The notes under the pieces are model-generated. The model saw nothing but the letters and a program-made list of their open reading frames with translations. It was not told the origin of the DNA and did no database searches. The translations under genes were made by a program, and so were the position numbers. A stretch of 64,000 nt of DNA from Nageia nagi (lineage: Eukaryota > Plantae > Pinophyta): assembly GCA_050084985.1 (NCBI GenBank), contig JBITNC010000001.1, forward strand, positions 81,220,001 through 81,284,000, read 5' to 3'. Shown here in pieces: positions 26,485 through 38,700 of the stretch (positions within the stretch are counted from its first letter, which is position 1; the number at the start of each line of letters is the position of its first letter).

Positions 26485-28523
26485 CTATAACCATGGCCCT
26501 TACTAAGGAGGAGAATTGCCGCCACTAATGGTAGTATCTCTCATCCTGTCCCTAACCTTATGACTACTACCACTAACCATTATCCTTGATGTGTCTCATG
26601 AGATCCCACTTATTGTCACTCCATGGATCTTGATGAGGTTCTTCACTCTCTCATTCTTGACCTTGAGAGTAGTTATCTCCTTCTTCTTGGCCTCTAGCCT
26701 ATCCATCTAACCCTATATGAATGTCCATTGCTGGTCTAGAGGTAGCATGGTCAGTCTCTCCTATAACCTCTTTATGGATTAGTCTGGAGTTGTAATCTAT
26801 GAATCCCTCTTAGCTAGGGTGGCCTATAATCTGATCACCTAGGCCTCCATGGGCCTAAATATCATAGCCTCCACTTGTAATGAAGTGATTTTCCTATTTG
26901 CATCTCCTACAATCAATTGAAATTCATAATTAATTACGCATTCTTCCATGGATAAAAACTAAAAATTTTAAAATTTGCATGCTCTTTTACCTAGTGCTAC
27001 TAGGGGAATGATTATGGCCAAGATGTCTAAACCTGGTGCTCCTAGCTCCTCTCCCTCCTGCATTGGGATATCATATATGGGATTGTTCACCTAGTAGGGA
27101 TCATCCTCTAATGATCCCTTACTAGTAGCCTTGTCTCTCTTCTCCTCATCATCCTTGTCCATCCCAAAGTCCCCAAGATATACTTTGATCCACCATGCTG
27201 CATAAATAGGGGAAAATTTGAATGCCATGGAGAAATTGGCATCCTCCTCCAATTTCCTTGGCTCCTCCCATGTGATCCTCCATGCCAAAATAACCTGTGT
27301 TCCCATAGGCATGTCCCTTTTAACCATGTATCATCGATAGCATCTGGGTACTAGTGGGATCCCTTACTAGATTGAAAACTACCTTAGTAAATGTTGAGGA
27401 TGGTATGGCTCAACCAACTTCCTCCATGTCTAGAAAAAACACTCATGATGTACCCAATCTAGTTGGTGCACATCCACATCTCACACAAAGTCCTGGTAGC
27501 AAACAAATATCAGGTCCACAACCTTTAGTGCATCCACCTATTATCTCCTCACATATAGGGAGTGAGGATACCTATATCCTCCACCCTTTGAGGTCTAGCA
27601 CACCAAATCTATATCTCTTAGTTCCTCCCTCACTCATTGTATTCCCATGGGCCTCATCACTAGTATGTGCTCATATACCCATATCTATAGCAATCCTGCA
27701 TAGGCAATCATCATGTTGAACTTGTCAACACTAACAAAGTTGTATAGGTCTCTGTATAATTGAGATAGAACTAAGGGTCTCGAAGCATGTTGCACTCCCC
27801 TCTCACATATCTTTCTTACCACCCAAACTAGTCTAAGTAGGATGGTCAAGCTACTCTTGTTTGGACACAAGTAAGTACCTATAATTCCCACTACATATAG
27901 AATTAAATACTATCTTGTTGGGGAAAATTGACACACCCTTGCCAACCTAGCCAATCAATGTTCCTAATCATGATCTACCTCTTCAATCAACCAAGTGCCT
28001 CTTTCTCCCAAACATTATTATCCAAAATCTCTCTCTAGTGTACAAGGCTTTCCCTAATGGGAATCTCCCAAATTCGATAGACGTACAAGAGTGTGATGGT
28101 CATTTCACCTAACAATCTAGGTTCCATCTCTATGCCAATGCTATCAATAGTGATAGATCTTATTGTACATGCCCAATAATGGCTAGGTCTACTAGCCCAC
28201 ATCTCAATAGGATACCATTAATGTGGTTGGTTCTTGAACAACCCCTCACCTTCTCTAAAGTGGTTATGGTCATCGATCCTCTCCCTAAAAAAGAACCTTG
28301 CATTCCTACAAGTAATTAAATAACAAGTTGATTAATAACATGCTTGATGAGGTTAAAAATTGAATTAATAAAGATAAATAAGATAAAAATGTGAATTATT
28401 TAAGAAAATTTAATCAAAACCATTTATCGCATACGCATATGAAAGGGAGTGAAAATAGTCTGCTACGTGACTCCTCCAACTAGTAATGGGGCATCCAAAT
28501 GCCATCCATGCCTCATTTGCCAT
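26485..28523 (-). pseudogene. Spliced PMD + coiled-coil gene, unit B
   Basis: Motifs PLVLSQLYRDL, GLL*IWVYEHI and VEPYHP, plus an acidic linker DKDDEEK. Intron 26990-26907 (GT..AG, phase 1) joins in frame to a heptad-rich exon (GDANRKITSLQVEA...MDRLEAKKKEITTLK). Confidence 0.82.
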
Positions 28524-30462
28524 CCTAAAAACCAAAATGAAGTGCAAAATGGTGAGAAATGAGTGTACGTAGCAATAGGTAAGGAAAAACAACATCTAAG
28601 CAAGTCAACCACACTTAGATCCAATTGTATGTAGCTAGAAGGCAAGTCAATGTGTGGGTAGGGCTTCACCAAGAAACAAGGGGGTCATAGTGCCAAGCCA
28701 AAAAGATAAAAAGTCAAAATGGTACCTTTTTAAATTGAATTTGTCTTTTATAGTTTCTAAATTGCATTGAAACCTAGGGCTTCATCCTTTTCTCTAGTAT
28801 ATTTCCTAAATCATTATTTTGTGAGTTCAATATGCATTTATTTATTTTAAATTCCTATCATTTCTTTTATCAAAAAATTCTAATGCTATTTTTACGCCAC
28901 CAATGACACCCACTTCTTTGAATTAGGTGTGCATTTAGGGACCAACAACTTATAATTATTTATATGTACATTTTCATTCCTTACCAATCATATATGATTG
29001 AAATTGTGTTATTTGTGTTATTTGAAATTATTTATAGCAAAGGCACAGCACCAGCAAGGTGGAATTGAATAAACTAGCAAAAATTCTAAATGCGCTATCT
29101 AAATTTTTGTTTAATACATATTATTAAATGGTCAATACACTTATATAGTTTCTCTATATGATTAATTGTTATTGGCAAAATTTCACTATATTTAAATTTC
29201 ACTTCAAACTTCTATCTTCAAATTTATCTATTGTTTGCATTTCATTGTCAATCAAAAATTCTTTTTTCAAATCCAATTGAAGATACTCTTGATTTTGAAA
29301 AATGTTGTATTATTTTCCATGACACTAATGGAGTGCATATTGTAAAATTACATGATCTTTAAAATAATTACAAGGTTTTCATGTTATTTATGATTCATCA
29401 AGATGATTATTGGAATATTATATCGCTTGCAAAAATAAATTACAAATGTTCACAAATATTGCTATTTTATAAATTCCATGAAAATCTTATGATAAATTGG
29501 ATCATGATTTTCTTCATGAATGGAAGCAATATGAAACAAATGGGTTTCAATTGAATATCTTTCAAATTGTTGAACTTGAAATGGAAAATATCATGCCACA
29601 AATGATGTGTAATTACTATAAATCTTTTGCAAATGGGGCATATTGTAATTTTGTTGAACCTTCACCAATTTACATGATTTCTTCATTCACATGAATTGCT
29701 TTAAGGTTAAGGATAAATATTATTGAAAACATGATCATGAAATTTTAGGCATACCATGGCGCTAGTGGCATGAATATACATTAAATATTCATGCAAATTG
29801 AAATATTATAATAAAATACTAATGAATAATCAAATATATGGTGCATTGATGGAAATTGCATATATTAGTTCACTAATATACTAATAAATGTTTCATAGCC
29901 ATGGTCTTCCCATGAGAAAATATTATATTGTTATAGGACATCACCATTATGAGTCACAAAATAGACATTTATATACTATGAGTTGTCTATCACAATAGTC
30001 TATAAATCATGGATATCGTAAGCTTGGGGCATTACAAAGAACCCATGCACTTGCCTGTCATAGACTATGAGTTATCTATCACAGTAGTCTATGTTTCATT
30101 GTTTATATCACTATGAGTCCCATATTATATTTATTTCATCCTTGCTATTTACATTGCTTATTATTTCATGGATGTAATATATGTGGGTGTATGTTGCTTT
30201 GTCTTACAAATATTATCTAGGTGAGTAGGATTGGCATAGATCGGTCACCTCATAGATGGAATCCTAGTTTCGACTTGATTACCTAACATAGCAAGAGCTG
30301 AGGGAAACCAAGACCAAAAGGGGGTTAACAATATATCATACTCGACATGTCCATAAAAACAAGGAAGTCCACTTTACTATTGAAATATTTTTTCTCTTCT
30401 CTAAACTTGTTTGGAATATGCAATTTCAATATTTTTCATTACATATCTAAAGAGGGGCAAAA

Positions 30463-31188
30463 TGTGATGCCTAAAAATGATTTATTATTTATATAATAAA
30501 TCATATTTAGCACATTAAATGATTAAAAGGTAATAATGTATAAATCAAGATAAAATGCTATTGCAATACCATGTGCTAAGACCAATGTAATGTCATATAC
30601 CATGGTTTATATTTTAAGTTATTTTGAATATTGAAAAGATTATTATTATTGCTATGTGTTGGCTTTCACCCCTTTCTATTTCTTTGCAAGTTATAAATAT
30701 GGGAGGTGAAGGTTGATATCCTTAATGGAACTCTTTGATAGTTGGTTGTCCCAAATATCAAACTTACAATGTCTCTTGATGCCATCTATCTTTGAGAACT
30801 TGTTAACTCTCTAAGATCTATAATCTATCTCTTGCACATAACACGAAATTACCTTTTCTATAATGTCGATGATGTGCGACTCCTATGATGACAGTGGTAT
30901 ACACCTTCTAGATCGAGAGGTCTAGACTTTAGGGAATGGCTTATGATACCAATCTAGTGAATATCTATTGCGAGATCATTTGAAATTCGATCACGATCCT
31001 CTGCATATTCATTGTTGTCTACTCTTGAGGATTTTACATACATAGGCTACAAGCCCCACTTTGTATCAGGTTTATATATATATATATATATATATGTAAT
31101 CTGATATAAAGCTGTTATTCATTATATTAGTAGACCAAATTTATTTATTTGTGTATTTATTTATTAATTACACATTTTTAGGTCTACA
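30463..31188 (+). repeat. 3' LTR
   Basis: Follows the PPT AAAGAGGGGCAAAA, ends GGTCTACA and is followed by CTTAT. Confidence 0.9.
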
Positions 31189-31533
31189 CTTATAATAAAA
31201 AAATCATATGAATTAAAAGTATTTTAGAGAGAAATGAAATGAAGTGATATTAATGTCCATGGTAAGCCAAAAATGACCCAAGGGAATGAGAAAATAGTAT
31301 ATTAAAAACTACATATAAGAGGGTCAAAATTTTCAAACCAAAGAGAAAACAAAAAATAAATACAAAGAGAGCAAAACATTCTGTATGAAGATGAGGGGTC
31401 ATCCATAATAAGAAATCTCTTTCAACCTCATGAACTAGTCTCTTGTATCATCAAAATTTTATGAATCATTGTTGAACAAATTATTGATTTGTGTTTACCT
31501 ATCATTGATTTGAACTCTCTATTATCTATAAGT

Positions 31534-32595
31534 AGGTGAAATCAAGAAGTTGAGTCCACTTAAAGGTGAAGTGGGGGAAATTGATGAAGTTAATATTTAA
31601 TGTTGGAAAAATCATGATCCTAATTTTAATAAATTAAAATTAGGATCTCAATATTGGAATGAGATCCCAATAAATATCAAGATCCTGATATTTAAAACTA
31701 AAATATGTACATTTATTAGGATCTTGATATTTGAATCCCTAAATTTACCTCAATTTTAGGCTCGAAAAAAGATTCGTGAGCCAACATTTAGCCTTCGACC
31801 TACAAGTATATGTTCATTATAATGTTAATGGAAAATATCAACTTCAGGAATATGATTGATGGAGTTTTTGGTAGAATTTTTTCATGAAATTAAAACCCAT
31901 TATAGATTAAAGAGTGAATATTTCAAATATGCAATTTTTTTTACAATTGGATAAGATTTTATATTTTCTAATTATTTTTTAGTAAAAGTGGTCCATATGT
32001 TGAAAATATGAGGGTATCATATTTTTTTAATAAGTTTTATTTTTTTTAGAGTTATGAAAATATATATATATAAAGGGAAAAGCTTCACAAAATTATCTAT
32101 AAGGATAAAAAAATTTGAAAAAAGATTAAGTTTAGATCAAATTATGCTAGACGGACACGAGCACTTTTCAAAACCATAAACATGCTCGATACAAAATTAA
32201 TTAAAAAAATATTGATAAAAAATTTATGGAAAAATATCTAGTACAAGCTCCAATGTATTAATATCTTTTCCTAAAATGATTTTAAAAAATATCTTGATTT
32301 TAGTCAAATTATATGAAATGGACACGTACATGATATTGTCCAAAAATGTTTTTTTTTTAAAAAAAAAGATTTTTGTTGTTCCTATCAAATTTTAAATTCT
32401 ATGATCTAGGTATTAAAATAAATTATATATTTGAAAACCAGACTCTAAGTACTACATTTTCATCATAGTGACCTTTTCATGATTCCATGTCTAAGTGCTT
32501 CAAATTTCGAGATCAATCATACTCAAACTTGAAAATCAAGGAAAACACTTCCACTTTTTGGCCTTAAAGTGGACCCAACTTCTTCCACCCACGCG
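31534..32595. mobile_element. Non-autonomous TIR DNA element (MITE-like, ~1.06 kb), superfamily uncertain
   Basis: Imperfect TIRs (AAGAAGTTGAGTCCACTTAAAGG and CCTTAAAGTGGACCCAACTTCTT). It is absent from the paralogous site near 50063 (CTATAAGTAAGCTATC). The apparent 3-bp TSD is AGT. Confidence 0.75.
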
Positions 32596-33743
32596 CGTAA
32601 GCTATCGAGTGACCTTGTTGGTGCATGTATGATTTGGTGCTTATCATTTTCAACTAATATCTATATATTCCCTTGATCTATCAGAGCTGGTGAAGTAGTT
32701 TGTTACAAGTTGAGACTGTGATAGGTGGGAGGCACCTAGATGATATCTCTTATGCCCATGAAATAGAGATTTCTTCTCGAATGTAAAATCCAAGGCAATG
32801 TTGGTCCTTATAATTGAAGAACGTGAGTCGCTCCTAAAGAGGCACTAGAATCTACATTGAATCTCAATGTTTGTAATAAAAAATAAAATAATGTAGAGTC
32901 TTTACTTCCTCTAGGGAGTAAAATATAAATATTTGTTCCTTTCTTCGTATACGATTATCTATCTCAATAAGAATATTATAGGAGAATACTCAAAGTTGTC
33001 CATTGGAGACCTATATGCCATGTGTTATAGGTTGTTGGAGGTATTTATGAGGCACTATCTAACCATATTGAATATGGAGAAAGTGCTCATGATAGAAGGA
33101 TAACTTGGAGGAGCGAGGGGTAATGAGAGATATTCAATCGCAATAGGTATACTGAAGAGTGATGTATTTTTGAACCCCACAAAGTATCTTTATCTTCATA
33201 TTTGTAATAGAAGTTAATGAACTCCAAGGGAATAAAGAGGATGCATGTTAATATGAATCTAAATGCTTCCTTACTAGGATCTCCATCTCCTCCTAAAACT
33301 TAATAAAAAGGCTATCGTAAAGCATAAAGCAAGGTAAAGGTATCTTCTACACCTAAAATGGGTATCTCACATAGTGCAAAGCATATGAAGATAGGTAATG
33401 ATCCTTAAAATAATCTTTAGCCAAATAGGTGAAGCTCCAGACTCTGTAAAAACAATAGAGTGAAGGATTGTACTCTTACACCATATAAACCTCTAAAGAA
33501 AAAGTGATACCTAATTAACACACAACCATTTAGAGAGGCAATGCAATTACTAACAAATAGTTAAATTTTCTACTTTTTATCTTAATTATCTAAAAAATTG
33601 AAAATTAAATTTGTAAATAATATATCATAATCTAAAATAAAATAAAATACACATAGAAAATATTCAAGTGGTGTAAGTGAACAATAGTGATAGTGATTAG
33701 CGGTAGCTTATGCCTAAAGTTAATCTTTGTGATACGTATCCAC

Positions 33744-35003
33744 CTCTCTACACACAAATATATTGGAGTCGTTCATCCCAAACAGAGCTTACATTTTATT
33801 TGGTCAAATGTGAAGTTTTGTGAAAATAGAGTAATTATTGCTATCAACAACTCTGAAAGCAGAATATCAACTTTCGACAATGAACCGTCCGAGAAGGTTT
33901 GTCCCAATGGAGATGGGCTGCTCACTGCTTCCAAAACATAGAATGGGAAGAGAAGAGCTCATCTCTAAGAGCTAATTCCGAGGTCTCCATCATTCTTCTC
34001 CTCAATCGTATACCTGCAAATCGGCCATTTGGCATTTACAAAGATACTTCTATAACCAACTCTTCTCATCATGTCAATGTCCATGGCATTTGGTCGACCA
34101 CCTCTTAGCTAATTTTGGGTTGGGGTTATGGTTGTGGTACTAATGGCTCATGTGATAATACTGGTCTTAGCAATAATGATTCAGGTGATATTAATGAGGT
34201 TCGACATTATATGGAGGAAGATGTCAATAATGTGCACAATCCTCCCATCGCATAAACTTAATGATGGCTTAGTCTCTTTACTCATTTTTTAATAAATAAT
34301 ATTATCAAAATTTTATGAGTTCTAAGACTATATAATTTTTGTTGCTTCTCCTAACCCTCTTAAATTAATTTCAACTTATATGCAATATGCTTTAAATACA
34401 CCTTCTTTATATATATTCTAAAAATAATTCTTATTCATACTAACACAAAACTACCTGAAATATTATCTTTTAATTACATTTAATCAAATATTTACTCAAT
34501 CATTAACTTACATTTTAGAAATGGTGTAACTGAGCATTATTGATTCTAAAATACCCCTATGTAGAAAATATTGTTATTCATACGAAGACAAAACTACCTA
34601 GAATGTTATCCTTTAATTACATTTAATCAAATGTTTGCTCAATCATTGATTTATCCTTCATAAGTGGTGTAATTAAACATTTGTAATTCTAATTACCCCT
34701 ACACATCTCTAGACACAAATAAATTGGAGTCATGTTAATCTTAATTGAGCTAAAATTTTATTTGGTCAAATATCAAATATATTTGAAATTAGAGTAATAA
34801 TTGCTCTCAACAATTCTAAAAGGCTTTCGAGAATATCAACTTCAAGAAAATGGTACATTGAGGAAGGTTTTATCCCAATAGGGATGGGCTGCTCACTGGA
34901 CCCTAAACATAGAATGGAAAGAAAAGAGGTCATTCTAAAGAGCTAATTCCATGGTCTCCATCATTCTCCTAATCCACCTTTATACCTACCATTTGGCTAG
35001 TCA
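33744..35003 (+). repeat. Displaced duplicates of the laccase upstream region
   Basis: 34027-35003 matches 42710-43703, with one ~155 bp segment inverted. 33744-34030 is a third, more diverged copy of ~43403-43700. Confidence 0.88.
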
Positions 35004-35249
35004 AGTATATATTCACTATAATGTTAATGGAAATATCAACTTCAGGAATATGATTGATGGAGTTTTTGGTAGAATTTTTTCATGAAATTAAAACCCATTA
35101 TAGATCAAATAGTGAATATTTCAAATATGCAATTTTTTTTACAATTGGATAAGATTTAATGTTTTCTAATTATTTTTTAGTAAAAGTGGTCCATATGTTG
35201 AAAATATGATGGGTGATGGGTGATATGTTGGTCCATATGTTGAAAATAT

Positions 35250-38200
35250 GCATTTGCAATTTTGACTGATTGGTCCTTCCACATTAAGAAATAAATTAAC
35301 TTGAAGCATGAGAAGGAAAATTTTTATCAAAATGATCAAGAGATGCTAGATTGGATTGATTAAATGTATTAAGGAATATGTACAAAGCTCTTTTAGAGCT
35401 ATGAGATCACCTCCTTTGAGAAGGCTTGGGATAGGAAGGTCTTGTAAGCATTAGCCATAATTTTTGGGAAGAAGATCCAAATAGAGGTATATAAGGCCAT
35501 TATGAGGATGGCCTATAATATCATTAAGACCCATGTCTGTTATGATTTTCCTACCTTCATTTCAAATGAGGTAAGAAAAACTCTCTTCAAAATAGAAAAA
35601 TATGACTTCCAAAATTCATCTTATATGTGGTGGCTCATTTTCCACCAAAATATGGAGGTCTTGGTGGAAGGAGGACTTAAGGTTGAAGAAGCAAACCTGA
35701 CCACATCACCCACACCAATTGAATTAAGGGTCCTAGTGTTGAAAAAACTTCATGGCTCATACTATGAGTTCATGGAGAAATTTTATGCCCTATTGATATG
35801 TATTCTAATAGGGAAGGTTGGTCACATATTTTGCCAGTCCACCATGTAGGAGTTATAAGGAGGAAACAAAATAGGTGATTGGTACTTCTTAAAAAATAGA
35901 AATATTATAATAAGGTACAAGTATTTTGAAACAAAATAGGTGACTAGTACTTCTTAAAAGATAGAACTATTATAATAAAGTACAAGTATTTTGAAAACCC
36001 AATTTTTGTACCAAAATTTGTTACCCTCCAATTGTATTCTTTAGAAATGGGTAGACAAATATGTGCCATAGAGATACAATATGGGTCTGGGGGTAATTTT
36101 AAGCCTATTATTAAGATGTTGGCTATAGCTAAAAATTTTACTTTATTTGAGATAGGTTGTAAAGATGAGTTAGCTCAGTTTATTGTACAAAATTTTAAAT
36201 TAGATATGGTAGATTCCCCTTGGGTATATGACCCACTAGGTGAAATTACAAAAATAATAAAATCAAATAAAAATGCCCAACTTTTTCCCATGATCCTTGG
36301 TTCCATATTGAATATTTTGTAAATTAGTTTGAACAGGAAGTTGAGGCATCCCTAGAATGGTAATTTAGAATTTTGGATAAGGTATGGTTAACCATTGAGG
36401 GTATTAATAAATACAATAACTAGGAGGTTAGACAATAAGATTTTGCCTTAAACCTGAAGTTTATAGCCTAGGTAAGAGATGAGTTGGGTTAGGACCCCAA
36501 CAAGATTGATTATTTCATAAAATTTAGATTTTAATATACTACCAAAATGCATCATGTTTAAAAACAACACTTTGGTGAATTTCAATATGATCAATTATAG
36601 AATTCATAGTACATTTAAGACCCATTGCCAAAAGTAGGGCAACCACTCCTGACCAATTTTCAAAGAATGGTAGCAAGATATGATCAATCATTGGACCAAA
36701 GGGAAAAAATGCTAACAAAGAAAAGAGAAGCTAGTGAACCATCTAGTTCAGAACAATAAAAAATGAAAGAAAAAAGGGAATTCAAAGAGAAGTGGTTACT
36801 ACTTCCTAGGAGTATTTCCCAAGAAGGATGAGAAGAATTGGAATGTTGGCTTAGGCACAACAAACCATGAAGAAGAAAGAAAAGCCAAAAAAGAAGGCCT
36901 AGACTAGCCAAACATTGAAACCTAAAAAATACAACCTCTATCTCCCAAAATATGTCATGAATTTCCAAAACCAAGCATGGGACAAACAAAGCTAGTGGAA
37001 GCTGAAGAAACACAAAGGCCTCAAAGCACCAACACTGTGGGATATCAAGATGCAAAATATGAAATGGGGGATGAGGTGCAATAAGGAGGAGAAAATGTAA
37101 TTGTGCAAGTGCTACCATGGCATCTGGAGGTGAAGCAAGTGGAGACAAAGATGATGATGATGAAATGGATCCCAAGAAAAAGAAAGACTCCAACCTAAAG
37201 GATAAGACACTTGAGAAGAAGAAGCCTTCTGGAAAAGAGGAAAAGGAGGAAGTAAAAATAACATCCTCCTCCAAGAAGATATTAGAAGAGCTTATATAAG
37301 ATAATTTAGCATCTACTCCAAGGACAATTGCACTCCCACATTCTTTAATTCCTTTTTCCACATCCTCGCAAGAGGAAATAAAAATATTTTTTCAACCTAG
37401 ATTGTAAAGCTGATTGATTGGATGACATTTGTAAATAAACCCCCTATGCTCCTAGAGAAACAATCCAAAATTTTGATTAAATAAATAGAAATAGAGAATA
37501 TCAATATTACCTAGATGCATATAAAAGAAGGGTAATTGGATACTACCCCCACATCTATGATAAATGCAAATATGCAAAGTTCTCTAGCTATAAATCAATC
37601 TAGATTTCTTGTAAATACTTCCATTATGGTTGGTAAAATCCTCCAATCCATAGAGAATAAGATTGATAAATTAAATAAAAATATAGATCAATACAAAATG
37701 GATTGCTCCCAAAAGGATAAAATAATGGCCAAGTTGTAGAGCCAAAATAAGGAATTAACAAGGAAGCTGAAAAAATAGAATTTTGAATTTGAAAAGAGTT
37801 TAGAACAAGGTAAGGTTGAGATGGAAAATGTAAAGAAACAAATGGAGGATCTAAAAGCTCAAGCCACCATGATTGATAATCAAAAAGCTTAATAAAATGA
37901 AGAAGAATTGAAGAAGGTAGTAATGGCAAATAAAGTGCTTAATAACAATAAGACAAAACTATTGTGTGTTGTTTAAAACTTCAAAAAATCCATGGTTGAG
38001 TAGATATGAGAAAGAATGGTGAGTTTGTCATAACTACATTTATTGAAGAATCAAATAGAGCAAGCTCTCCAAGAGTATATCACCCAAGCTACTCTACACA
38101 AATTGGCCCTAAGTGTGCCCAAATTAGTAATTGAAGGACTATAGAGTTGGTTGAAGGTCATGATAGAAAAATATTTAGCTACCATCACTCCAAGGCCAAG

Positions 38201-38700
38201 GCAAATAATTTTGAGGAGAAACCTAGATATCTACAATTTACAAGACCTGGTGTTTATTGTAGATATTCAAAAACACCAATTGAAGATAGAAATTAGTTTT
38301 ATTAACAAATTATTTCATTCTTTAATTGAATTAAAGGCTCCCAAATTATAGGAAGAATGAGATCTAGAAGGTAGTGCCAACTGATGGGTGGAAAATATAA
38401 TATAATTTTTGGAATAATCTTTCTATGAGGCAATTTCAATATTTCTATACATCAAGAGATTGGAGAATGTGCTAACAGGTTTTAAAGAAAATAGAGTTAA
38501 ACTATAAGTGTGCTTTATTTTGTCTCAAATAGATTATCAAGACTTGAAAGATTTATATAACAAACTCCAATTTTTTCTCCCTGTAGAATTGGTTCCTCCA
38601 CCTAAAACCCCTATAAAAGATTCATCCAAGTAGGAAAGTGAGAGTAGTAACTAAAGGTTCAATTCTTCAATAGGCTGAGACCCCAAGAGTCACTAAAAGA
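35250..38700 (+). pseudogene. Heavily decayed long ORF, probably an accessory ORF of an LTR retrotransposon
   Basis: A chain of + strand ORF fragments (35502, 36032, 37117, 37536, 38151) has a hydrophobic N-part (YDFPTFIS...SSYMWWLI, GDWYF, PKFVT), a K/E/D low-complexity middle and a coiled-coil-like end. It is followed by non-coding, possibly LTR-like sequence to ~40434. No domain was confidently recognised. Confidence 0.45.

Larger units (their letters stand above)
17484..31188 (+). mobile_element. Non-autonomous (pol-less) Tat-like LTR retrotransposon, internally dimeric, carrying an antisense PMD gene
   Basis: LTRs at 17484-18176 and 30463-31188 (TG...CA). Flanks are CTTAA and CTTAT, and the paralogous empty site has a single CTTAT (49713-49717). 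PBS at 18180, PPTs at ~24560 and ~30449, partial internal LTR at 24574-24870. I found gag but no PR, RT or INT motifs. Confidence 0.88.

Noticed and set aside
27354-27719. 121-aa + strand ORF, and similar ones at 57036 and 58018
   Set aside because: They are antisense to the PMD gene and are not kept open across copies.
29110-29905. Long minus-strand reading from ATG GCT ATG through the extra-ORF region
   Set aside because: I count about 23 stops in ~260 codons, which is what random sequence of this AT content would give.
36684-37361. 225-aa minus-strand hydrophobic ORF
   Set aside because: It is the antisense shadow of a purine-rich K/E/D-coding + strand. Its F/S/L composition is the expected artefact.
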